A stretch of 59,113 bases of DNA from Candidatus Kapaibacterium sp. (GTDB taxonomy: Bacteria > Bacteroidota > Ignavibacteria > Kapaibacteriales > UBA4661), in assembly GCA_025363605.1 (NCBI GenBank), contig JANYDO010000135.1:1-59113 (forward strand), given 5' to 3'. Each line of letters begins with the position of its first letter. Within the stretch, counting starts at the first letter, position 1. The translations under genes and the position numbers were made by a program. Shown here in pieces: positions 49,803 through 59,113 of this stretch. Below the pieces are notes generated by a model. It was not told where the DNA came from. It did no database searches and saw nothing but the letters and a program-made list of their open reading frames with translations.

Positions 49803-50366
49803 CTAAAACTCTAACTCTATTACTGCTTGCTTTATTGCACTCTGCGGCAAAATTACGGGGAAAATCTGCTCTACAGGTGCTTCCGAAGAAACGTTCTTGG
49901 GTAAGGCGTTCGATATTTTTGGCTGTTTGCCGCTTTTTGAGCCGTGCTTTGCTGGACTTTCGAGCGTAATCATTTCGCCCTCCACAGCACTAATGCGTCC
50001 TTTGAGGCTTTTTCCGTCAGCGAGTTCTGCTACAAGTAATCGCCCTATATTACGCGCATACTGCCAAATGTACTGAAGTGGCCTCTCTACGCCGGGCGAA
50101 GAAACCTCTAAGCGGTAGGCAGCCGGGAATGCGTTCATTTCTTCCAACATCTCGCCAAGGCTGTTTGATAGCTCACCACATTCGTCAAGCGAAATGCCAT
50201 CAGGCTTATCCACAAAAATCTCGACAATCCGCCGCTCGCGGCTACCGCGTATTTCCAATGCAACCACATATACGCCGCCGCGTAAGCAACGCTCGGCAAT
50301 GGCGGGGTACAATTGGGAATGTAACTGCGCTACGTCTTTTGTCGAATCTTTCGCCAAGTCCGTCAT
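49803..50366 (-). CDS. rimP: Ribosome maturation factor RimP
   Basis: From ORF 49803..50384, trimmed to the ATG at 50366. LEVSSPGVERPL motif. Conserved position upstream of nusA. Confidence 0.8.
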   Translation of the reverse strand: MTDLAKDSTKDVAQLHSQLYPAIAERCLRGGVYVVALEIRGSRERRIVEIFVDKPDGISLDECGELSNSLGEMLEEMNAFPAAYRLEVSSPGVERPLQYIWQYARNIGRLLVAELADGKSLKGRISAVEGEMITLESPAKHGSKSGKQPKISNALPKNVSSEAPVEQIFPVILPQSAIKQAVIELEF

Positions 50367-50380
50367 AGCAAAGTGGATAT

Positions 50381-50412
50381 ACAAAAAATGGGCTTTTCTG
50401 ACGAAAGCCCAT
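50381..50412 (-). promoter_or_regulatory. Intrinsic-terminator-like hairpin immediately upstream of rimP (possible leader attenuator)
   Basis: Perfect 9-bp stem ATGGGCTTT (50388-50396) / AAAGCCCAT (50404-50412) with a 7-nt loop. On the minus strand it is followed by U6 (A6 at 50383-50388), ending ~16 nt before the rimP ATG. No minus-strand gene lies upstream that it could terminate. Confidence 0.4.
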
Positions 50413-50712
50413 CACAACGAGAAATGTTGGTTTGAACAAGCCACTAAATTAGTGAAAAAACTTATCCTTTCCAAAAAATTTCCTCCAAAGCACGGTCTCG
50501 CCCATCAAATACGAAAAGAGCATTTCTCGGCGATGATGAACAAATGTTTGTGCGAGTGCTATTGTGTGTTTATCTTTGTTAAGCAAGCACGTTCCGCTCA
50601 GAATACGCATAACGGTAGAGATGTGTTATTGAAATAGCACATTCTTAATCCGTAGCGGTCTCGCCGTTTTCGATCAACCAACGGATGTTTCAGATTTTCC
50701 GGTGATTTTGCT

Positions 50713-52332
50713 ATGATGCAGTTATTTAATATCTATTACGCCAGTATTCTTTTTACAAGAAGAAACCGTTTTTGGATAGCATTTCTCTTTGTGGTATCAT
50801 CTATCATTGCGGGTGATATTGGGGCTTGGCTTCTTATGCCTCTATTTACGATTCCGATAGCGCAGAACGTCATTATGGATATGTCGTTTGCCCCGGAGAC
50901 GTGGCTTGGCATAGTCAGCATGATTATTGGGACGTTGGTGGTGATTATCACGATTGCTTCTCAGGTCGTTCCGCGAATGATTGATGTCTATATGAACGAC
51001 TGGCGGAGTCTGCTCTATGCGTGGTTTCTGGTACTATCTGCTCTTCACGCCATTGTTATACAAAAACTGATGGAGTTACGCCCTTCCAGCGGACTTTATA
51101 ACACGTTCATTCTCCTGCCGATGAGCCTTATGCTGGCGTTTCCCTATATCTACTACATTCTTGCGATGACCAAGCCTTCGACTATCATTCGCAAGATTTA
51201 CAACGAAAATATTAGCCTTCTCCAAAGCCTTGCTTCACCGAATCTACGCCGTTGGTTACGTTTACGTGAGAATACATCGTTGACACAAGAAGAGCTTTTC
51301 CGTTATTTGAATCAACTGGACAACATTCTCTTTTTCGTATCCTTCAAGGAACTACAAGCGCAAATTATCATTAACATCAGCTCCATTCTACGCGAGTATC
51401 TTAAAGTAAAAGAATTGCTGCACCCTGATTTTTTCAAGATGAGTATCCAAGTAGCAACCGATATTTCCTTTCAAACACTTGAAGTGCAATTCAAAGAAAT
51501 CGAAGATAAAGAGATATTTTACGAACTCAAATGTTTGCGTATCTTGGGTGATGCATACAATAAATGTTTATATGAGAACGCCTTTGATCTCGCTTCTCTT
51601 TGCGGTTCCGAGCTCAACCTTGTTGCCGAAAGCATAATGGAACTTGGCGACGACGTGCTGATGGAATACATACTTGTCCGCTTCAATACCATGATGCGCT
51701 CTGCCTTCAAGCACGGCGTTTCCAATATCGAAGCACGTAATCTCTACAATCTCGCATTCCATTACAGCACCTACATTAAACAGCTCGCGCTCAATGACCG
51801 CAAAGAGCTTGTCAAAAAAGCCATGCGCTACCTGAAAATGTATGGTTCTGAAATCTTTCGCAACAGCCAAACCCAGCAAACACTGGCGTTTATCAATGAC
51901 GTATTTACCTTCGAGATGAAAGAAGTTTTGGTTCTCATTAGTGAGCTTGGCTGGGAACGCGATACGCAGCGCCAACTTCTTTGTGAACTTCTCGAAATGG
52001 ACGATTTGCTTGTGAAAGCGCCCAATGCAACGAGTGACACCGTTTTCACTTCCGGCGTTCGCACGCTGCAAGCAGGATTGGCCCTCTTTTATATCTATCA
52101 ACAAGATTATGAACTCGCCGCTATGGTCGTGGACGATATTGCTGACGATATAGAAGGCGTAGATCCGATGAAAGCTGCCGGCATGGTGGACGTTATCTGC
52201 AAGCGCATCGAAAGCGCCGAGCCGACCTTCTGGGAAGATACTGACAGAGGAAATAATAATATCTACTATACTCCGCATAAATTGCAGATTTCCGAACTTC
52301 AATTCATGCTCTTAGAGAAAATCGAAATTTGA
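50713..52332 (+). CDS. Membrane protein, DUF2254-like (4 N-terminal TM helices plus a large soluble domain), function unknown
   Basis: 539 aa. The TM-rich first ~150 aa include ...ASQVVPRMIDVYMNDWRSLLYAWFLVL, a pattern I associate with DUF2254. AT-richer than its neighbours by eye. Confidence 0.5.
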   Translation: MMQLFNIYYASILFTRRNRFWIAFLFVVSSIIAGDIGAWLLMPLFTIPIAQNVIMDMSFAPETWLGIVSMIIGTLVVIITIASQVVPRMIDVYMNDWRSLLYAWFLVLSALHAIVIQKLMELRPSSGLYNTFILLPMSLMLAFPYIYYILAMTKPSTIIRKIYNENISLLQSLASPNLRRWLRLRENTSLTQEELFRYLNQLDNILFFVSFKELQAQIIINISSILREYLKVKELLHPDFFKMSIQVATDISFQTLEVQFKEIEDKEIFYELKCLRILGDAYNKCLYENAFDLASLCGSELNLVAESIMELGDDVLMEYILVRFNTMMRSAFKHGVSNIEARNLYNLAFHYSTYIKQLALNDRKELVKKAMRYLKMYGSEIFRNSQTQQTLAFINDVFTFEMKEVLVLISELGWERDTQRQLLCELLEMDDLLVKAPNATSDTVFTSGVRTLQAGLALFYIYQQDYELAAMVVDDIADDIEGVDPMKAAGMVDVICKRIESAEPTFWEDTDRGNNNIYYTPHKLQISELQFMLLEKIEI

Positions 52333-52353
52333 CGTTTCCTGCCAGCGCACATC

Positions 52354-52401
52354 ATAAACAGACAAGCATCGCCACATTTGTAGCGATGCTTGTCTGTTTA
52401 T
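52354..52401. terminator. Bidirectional terminator hairpin between convergent genes
   Basis: Perfect 19-bp stem ATAAACAGACAAGCATCGC (52354-52372) / GCGATGCTTGTCTGTTTAT (52383-52401) with a 10-nt loop. A/T-rich stem ends supply U-tracts in both directions. Confidence 0.7.
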
Positions 52402-52469
52402 ACGACAATATCTCATCTTGAATTTAAGTTCGATTGGTACTCTTTATTTGGAAATTTACAACAGAAACG

Positions 52470-52835
52470 TTACAACAAACCTTCTGCTGCTGCCTGATGC
52501 TCCAATTCCTCAATCTGCGTAGGCGATAAATCAAACTCTTCGGTAATCCGCCGAAGTATATCCCACGAATACAGCCCCGTATTATGACCGTCCTTCCAAT
52601 CGGCTTGAATGGCATAATTCCCAACCGTTTGAATACTCACTAAATCGTACTTACCCGGCTTCATTACTTGCATACCAAAGGAATAGGTTGTTCCCATAAT
52701 CGTTTCACCTTTGCAGGAGGCGCACGGGCACTCGTCGCGGAAGGTACGAAGAGTGATGGTTGTTTGCTTACCGTCCGACCATTCTACAGCGAGTAAATAC
52801 GGCTTGGGACGAGAGATCTTTGTAGGTGTGAGCAT
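52470..52835 (-). CDS. DUF971 domain protein
   Basis: 121 aa. LLAVEWSDGKQTTITLRTFRDECPCASCKGE and AIQADWKDGHNTGLYSWDIL match the DUF971 (gamma-butyrobetaine hydroxylase-like N-terminal) pattern. Confidence 0.7.
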   Translation of the reverse strand: MLTPTKISRPKPYLLAVEWSDGKQTTITLRTFRDECPCASCKGETIMGTTYSFGMQVMKPGKYDLVSIQTVGNYAIQADWKDGHNTGLYSWDILRRITEEFDLSPTQIEELEHQAAAEGLL

Positions 52836-52939
52836 TGCCGTTCTGCGCTAAGAGTATGTTGTCAAGAAATAAAAAAGCAGAGCCTGATACAACAAACTCT
52901 GCCTGTACGACACATAAAACCTGTGCTTATTGCCAGATT

Positions 52940-54337
52940 TTACTTCATTTTTAAGCCTTCTTCTAAAAGTTCATTGACTTTATTCATCGAATCAGCTTCG
53001 GCGTAATATCGCAGAAGCGGCTCTGTGCCGGAGGCGCGAATGAGCAACCAGCCTTTGTCAATAAAAAACTTGTAGCCGTCTTTGGTGTCAATGGATGTAA
53101 CCTTGTAGCGTCCAAGCTGCTTGGGCTTTTTGGCGCAGGCTTTGAGAATGTCTTGCTTGATTTTTTCGGTTGTACGCACATCGCGCCGACGGTAACGGTG
53201 TACGCCAAACTCTTCTTCCAGTTCTTCAACAAGTTCACTGAGTTTTTTCTTCCGTTTTGCCATCATTTCCAAGAGCAACATTCCGTTGAAAATGCCGTCA
53301 CGCTCAGGAATATGAATAATCGTCCCCAAGCCGCCCGACTCCTCACCGCCAATAAGAATTTTATCCGTTGCCATGAGTTTGCTGACATACTTGAAACCAA
53401 TGGGAAGCTCATGCAACTTGATACCGTATTTATCGCAGTATTTGTTGACCATCGAAGTCAGTGCGATAGTCTTCGCCACAGCGCCGCGCTTCTTTTTGTC
53501 TTCATAGAGATACTTCAGAAGCAGCATAAACACTTTGTGCGAATCTACAAAATGACCATTCTCATCCACAGCACCCAAGCGGTCTGCATCGCCATCGGTC
53601 GCCAAACCGACATCATACTTGCCTTCTTTGACCTTTTCGATAAGTGTCGGCAAGTATTCTGCCATTGGCTCAGGATGGTCAATTTCGCCGAAGGACGGAT
53701 TGTATTCGCCGTGAATCTCGTCTGCTTTCGGCAGAAGGTCTTTAATCGTGTTAATACCCGCACCGTGCATGGGGTCGAAGAGTACCTTTACGCCGGATTT
53801 GATGATGAGCGGCATATCAATCTTGCGCTTAACATAGCGCAAATATGATTCTTTCGAGCCAAAGGGACGAATGAGCTTTTCTTTCACATATTCGTCAAAC
53901 GTCTTGAACTTGATAGCCGGGCGCTTCTTTTCGAGCGCGGCAAGTTCTTTTTCCACCTCAGCAATCACTTCGGGGAACGCCGGACCACCGGTGTTGCTTT
54001 TCAGCTTATAGCCATTATACTCTGCGGGATTATGGCTTGCTGTGATTACTACGCCTATGGTTGCTTTTTTTTGTTTCGTCGCAAAAGATACCTGCGGCGT
54101 AGAAGCAATTGCTTCAGTAATATGCACCACGACTCCTTTGGAAGCCATAACGCACGCCGCTTCTTCGGCGAACTCTCTTGAAAGAAAACGTGCATCGTAG
54201 CCAATGACTACGCTTGCTTTCTTTTTATCAACTTTTAGGGCATACAGGGCAGTTGCAAGAGCAACAATCTGTACGTTGTCAAAGGTGAAGTCGCGGGCAA
54301 TCAGTCCACGCCAACCATCCGTACCAAAAACTATCAT
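52940..54337 (-). CDS. Phosphoglucomutase/phosphomannomutase-family phosphohexomutase
   Basis: 465 aa. Active-site loop TASHNPAEYNGYK, metal-binding loop ATDGDADR, sugar-binding loop GGEESGG. Confidence 0.85.
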   Translation of the reverse strand: MIVFGTDGWRGLIARDFTFDNVQIVALATALYALKVDKKKASVVIGYDARFLSREFAEEAACVMASKGVVVHITEAIASTPQVSFATKQKKATIGVVITASHNPAEYNGYKLKSNTGGPAFPEVIAEVEKELAALEKKRPAIKFKTFDEYVKEKLIRPFGSKESYLRYVKRKIDMPLIIKSGVKVLFDPMHGAGINTIKDLLPKADEIHGEYNPSFGEIDHPEPMAEYLPTLIEKVKEGKYDVGLATDGDADRLGAVDENGHFVDSHKVFMLLLKYLYEDKKKRGAVAKTIALTSMVNKYCDKYGIKLHELPIGFKYVSKLMATDKILIGGEESGGLGTIIHIPERDGIFNGMLLLEMMAKRKKKLSELVEELEEEFGVHRYRRRDVRTTEKIKQDILKACAKKPKQLGRYKVTSIDTKDGYKFFIDKGWLLIRASGTEPLLRYYAEADSMNKVNELLEEGLKMK

Positions 54338-54506
54338 ATCGGTACACCATTAAAAATGAAACATATCGGTAAGTTAGAGATGACAATCTTTTGGGAAGCA
54401 GCTTTCTCCAGATACACACTGCCGTTCAACCCAATAACTACATTTACACAGTGGGAATAAAGAACACACTAGGAGTCGTTAAAAATAAAGGTAAATTTCT
54501 TCGACT

Positions 54507-54568
54507 GTAGCACAGACATTCTTGTCTGTGAGAGTTTGAAGCATCACAGACAAGAATGTCTGTGCTAC
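54507..54568. repeat. Nested-palindrome repeat, copy C (perfect)
   Basis: GTAGCACAGACATTCTTGTCTGTG (54507-54530), a 14-nt loop AGAGTTTGAAGCAT, then CACAGACAAGAATGTCTGTGCTAC (54545-54568). The 24-bp complementarity is perfect, and each arm is itself CACAGACA-N4-TGTCTGTG. Located between the eno terminator and the mutase start. Confidence 0.9.
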
Positions 54569-54628
54569 CGAAGTCGGAAGATTTTGAGATGTTATTTTTT
54601 TGGACTATCCTTATCCTCAAGAAGCAAC

Positions 54629-54660
54629 ATCGCCCGCCGTATTCCCATGCGGCGGGCGAT
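54629..54660 (-). terminator. GC-rich hairpin just downstream of eno
   Basis: 11-bp stem ATCGCCCGCCG (54629-54639) / CGGCGGGCGAT (54650-54660), 8 nt after the eno stop. The downstream U-tract on the minus strand is weak (GUUGCUUCUU). Confidence 0.5.
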
Positions 54661-54667
54661 TGTTTTA

Positions 54668-56532
<1,865 letters not shown>

Positions 56533-56704
56533 TGAACACCCCACCATGAGAGGCAAGAAGTAGGATGGAGGGAGAACGATGCAGCTTTCGCTGAGACATC
56601 GGCTTTTGAAGCACAACATAGCGTATTAGCGTGTTAATTGCAAGCGAGATTTGCAAAAAAAGCGATTAGATGAAAAAATTTCTTCGTTATTCGCAGAATT
56701 TTCG

Positions 56705-57475
56705 CTAGATGCCGTTGTTTTCTGTCACGCCATGTTCACGATTGCCGTCCTCGAGCGCTTCACCATTAAGCACTTCGCCATTCAAAAGCTGCGCTGCAAT
56801 CTCCGGGCTGAGATGCTCGGCAACGCGCTCTACAATTGGGTGCGGGTCGTTGGGGTCGAAAAGCATACCCGTACAAAGGCACATTTTACGCTGTGTTCGG
56901 GAGAGAATATCATAGTTCGGACAGGAACTACAACCATTCCAAAACGTTTCGTCTTGGGTGAGTTCCGAGAACGGCGCAGGCACGTAACCAAGCTCGGTAT
57001 TGATTTTCATCACGGCATGGCTGGTGGTGATACCAAAAATTTTTGCATCAGGGAATTTCTCACGCGAAAGCTCGAAGATACGCTGTTTGATGCGCTTTGC
57101 CAAGCCGTCTTTGCGAAACTCCGGCACAACAATCAATCCTGAATTAGCAACAAATTCTTTGCCGCTCCACGTCTCAATATAGCAGAAACCCGCAAAACGT
57201 CCATCGTCTGTGAGAGCAATGACCGCCTTGCCTTCGTGCATTTTATTGATGATGTATTCTGGTTTGCGCTTGGCAATCCCTGTACCGCGCACTTTTGCTG
57301 ATGCCTCCATTTCGGCACAGATTTCCTCGGCAAAGCATGTATGCTCATCGTTTGCAACCTCTACCGTGAAGCAATCGGCAGGCTGGAGAACAGGAAGCGG
57401 AAGACTTGGAAGAGGTGCTTCGAGAGATGAATTGATCGGAGGTTCAAGTACAGGTGAAGTATCACTATTAGACAT
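56705..57475 (-). CDS. GNAT-family N-acetyltransferase (possibly the arginine-pathway amino-acid acetyltransferase)
   Basis: From ORF 56705..57526, trimmed to the ATG at 57475 (MSNSDTS). The acetyl-CoA-binding region is LIVVPEFRKDGLAKRIKQRIF. It lies next to carA. The specific function is an inference. Confidence 0.6.
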   Translation of the reverse strand: MSNSDTSPVLEPPINSSLEAPLPSLPLPVLQPADCFTVEVANDEHTCFAEEICAEMEASAKVRGTGIAKRKPEYIINKMHEGKAVIALTDDGRFAGFCYIETWSGKEFVANSGLIVVPEFRKDGLAKRIKQRIFELSREKFPDAKIFGITTSHAVMKINTELGYVPAPFSELTQDETFWNGCSSCPNYDILSRTQRKMCLCTGMLFDPNDPHPIVERVAEHLSPEIAAQLLNGEVLNGEALEDGNREHGVTENNGI

Positions 57476-57509
57476 GAGCGTAATAACGAAAGAACAATGG
57501 AGAAAAAAA

Positions 57510-58649
57510 TTATGCAACGGCTGCAAGTGAACCTTTATGAGCGTTCATTGCTTCGACAAACTGACGGAAAAGATAGTCTGAGTCGTGCGTTCCGGGAGCA
57601 GCTTCGGGGTGGTATTGCACACAAAAGATGGGTAAAGTGCGGTGCCGGAATCCCGACACGGTATTGTCGTTCAGATTGATGTGCGTTAGCTCAATCTCCG
57701 GCGGCATAGACGCTGCATCTACGGCAAAACCGTGATTTTGCGACGTAATTTCAATTCCTCCCGTGAGAAGATTTTTCACCGGATGATTCACCCCTCGATG
57801 CCCGAATTTCATTTTGTAGGTGTTTGCCTTCAATGCCAACCCCAAAATTTGATGTCCCAAACAAATACCAAACACGGGTTTTTCGGTGATGAGTTCGCGT
57901 ACTGCATCAATGTTCACCGCCGCCGGATCGCCGGGACCATTAGAAAGAAAGATTCCATCAGGGTTGTAGGCGCGAATATCACTTGCCGTTGCGTTCGATG
58001 GGAACAGCATAATTTCGCAACCGTAACTTGCAAGACGACGAAGAATGTTCTTTTTGATACCATAATCAATTGCCGCAACGCGCAGTTTCTTGGGCGAACG
58101 GTAACCGTTGACATTGAGAATGTAGGGTTCGTCGGTTTCTTGGTACAAATGTGCTTCTTTGCAGGTCACGTAGCCCGTCAGGTCAAGCCCGTCCATACTT
58201 GGAATAGCGCGAGCGCGGTCTATGAGTACATCGGCATTCGTTTCCTTTGCCGAGACAATACCCCGCATCACGCCTTCGCTCCTCAGCACACGCACTAATG
58301 CTCGCGTGTCCAGTCCCTCAATACCAATTTTGTGGTTAAGTTGCAAAAACTCTGCCAGCGAGTGCGTTGCCCGCCAATTCGAGTACGTTTGCGAATACTC
58401 CCGTACAATCAAGCCCGCCGCTTGCATAATTGCAGATTCGACATCGTGGACATTCACGCCGTAATTGCCAATGTGCGGATAGGTAAAAGTCAGGATTTGT
58501 CCGTAATAGCTGGGGTCAGTGAGTGCTTCTTGGTAGCCGGTCATGGCAGTATTGAAAATTACTTCGCCACGTGCTTCTGCATCCAAATCCCCAAAAGCAA
58601 AACCGCGAAAGGTCATTCCGTTTTCGAGCGCTAAGAGTGCTGGTGTCAT
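57510..58649 (-). CDS. carA: Carbamoyl-phosphate synthase small (glutaminase) subunit
   Basis: 379 aa. N-terminal CPSase_sm_chain pattern (LENGMTFRGFAFG...GEVIFNTAMTGYQE) and a class-I GATase with GICLGHQ and VQYHPEA. Confidence 0.9.
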   Translation of the reverse strand: MTPALLALENGMTFRGFAFGDLDAEARGEVIFNTAMTGYQEALTDPSYYGQILTFTYPHIGNYGVNVHDVESAIMQAAGLIVREYSQTYSNWRATHSLAEFLQLNHKIGIEGLDTRALVRVLRSEGVMRGIVSAKETNADVLIDRARAIPSMDGLDLTGYVTCKEAHLYQETDEPYILNVNGYRSPKKLRVAAIDYGIKKNILRRLASYGCEIMLFPSNATASDIRAYNPDGIFLSNGPGDPAAVNIDAVRELITEKPVFGICLGHQILGLALKANTYKMKFGHRGVNHPVKNLLTGGIEITSQNHGFAVDAASMPPEIELTHINLNDNTVSGFRHRTLPIFCVQYHPEAAPGTHDSDYLFRQFVEAMNAHKGSLAAVA

Positions 58650-59027
58650 GTAGTTGTATTCAGAGCAAAAATTCGCCGCTATTGATCTGTCGTATTGCTA
58701 GAGCGCGGGCGTTACGCCATAGCACACAGGCGTATAAAATACGGAATTAACGGGACTTTGCCAACGACGAATATGTTGTCTTCACGACTATCGTTTTATC
58801 TTTCCGTAACAGTCTGACACCTTCAGACATCGAATCTTAGTTCTGTATCGTAAAAAAAAACGTAGGGCGGTAGTTTTTTATTTGGAGATTGAAAAGAAAA
58901 CCCTATTTTCGTGCTGTCGAATATGCAGATAATGATGCATCCTGTGTTCAATGTCTCTGTGAATTTCCAAATACAAATAATGATCAAATTGTAACCTTGT
59001 TCTTTGGGTTGGTTCTATACGTCGTGA

Positions 59028-59113
59028 GCGGCTTCCCTTTTCGCGGCTTCCCTTTTCGCGGCTTCCCTTTTCGCGGCTTCCCTTTTCGCGGCTTCCCTTT
59101 TCGCGGCTTCCCT
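59028..59113. repeat. Perfect 15-bp tandem repeat (GCGGCTTCCCTTTTC), 5.7 copies, truncated by the window edge
   Basis: Five identical units plus 11 nt run from 59028 to the end of the window. On the minus strand one frame reads (REAAK)n...REAAHDV and then a TAG at 59015-59017. It may therefore be the 3' end of a gene entering from the right. Confidence 0.9.

Noticed and set aside
52354-52401. Whether the 19-bp terminator hairpin (…AACAGACAAGCAT…) is a fourth member of the CACAGACAAGAATG repeat family.
   Set aside because: Only ~9 nt (ACAGACAAG) are shared. The arm architecture (no nested palindrome) and the flanks differ. I treat it as an ordinary bidirectional terminator.

Overview
This 59.1-kb chromosomal window is roughly 50% GC by eye. 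It most likely comes from an FCB-group bacterium (Bacteroidota/Chlorobiota/Ignavibacteriota-like). That placement is an inference from two secreted enzymes carrying T9SS-type C-terminal sorting domains and from the gene order.

About 45 protein genes are present, mostly on the minus strand, and most are housekeeping:
- rimP-nusA-infB-rbfA-truB, then ribF, rpsO and pnp
- hflX, argG, argC, carA
- eno, a PGM/PMM-family mutase, pfkA, acs
- leuA and a P5C dehydrogenase
- cdaA, plsC and two GT9 heptosyltransferases
- a hybrid histidine kinase followed by a REC-kinase
- two GH13 amylase-family enzymes

The accessory content is concentrated at about 6.8-13.1 kb, directly 3' of an initiator tRNA-fMet. 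It has three parts:
- A tightly coupled, AT-richer three-gene cassette of unknown function (a TIGR04255-like gene plus two orphans).
- Two diverged copies of the C-terminal tail of a type IIG restriction-methylase gene, which bracket that cassette.
- The type IIG gene itself, which is one 3,981-nt reading frame. It carries a RAYT-like HUH/Y1 transposase module spliced in-frame into the methyltransferase fold, is broken by a single TAG, and holds five copies of a 24-nt perfect palindrome that has no stop codon in any of the six frames.

Other non-standard items:
- A nested-palindrome repeat family, with three intergenic copies (one in the rpsO-pnp leader).
- An RGG/GYR-rich tail on PNPase.
- BrnT/BrnA and MNT/HEPN modules wedged into an arginine gene string.
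- A terminator-like hairpin just upstream of rimP.
- A 15-bp tandem repeat running off the right edge.

All coordinates were counted by hand and may be off by a few nucleotides. All family assignments come from motif recognition only; no searches were run.
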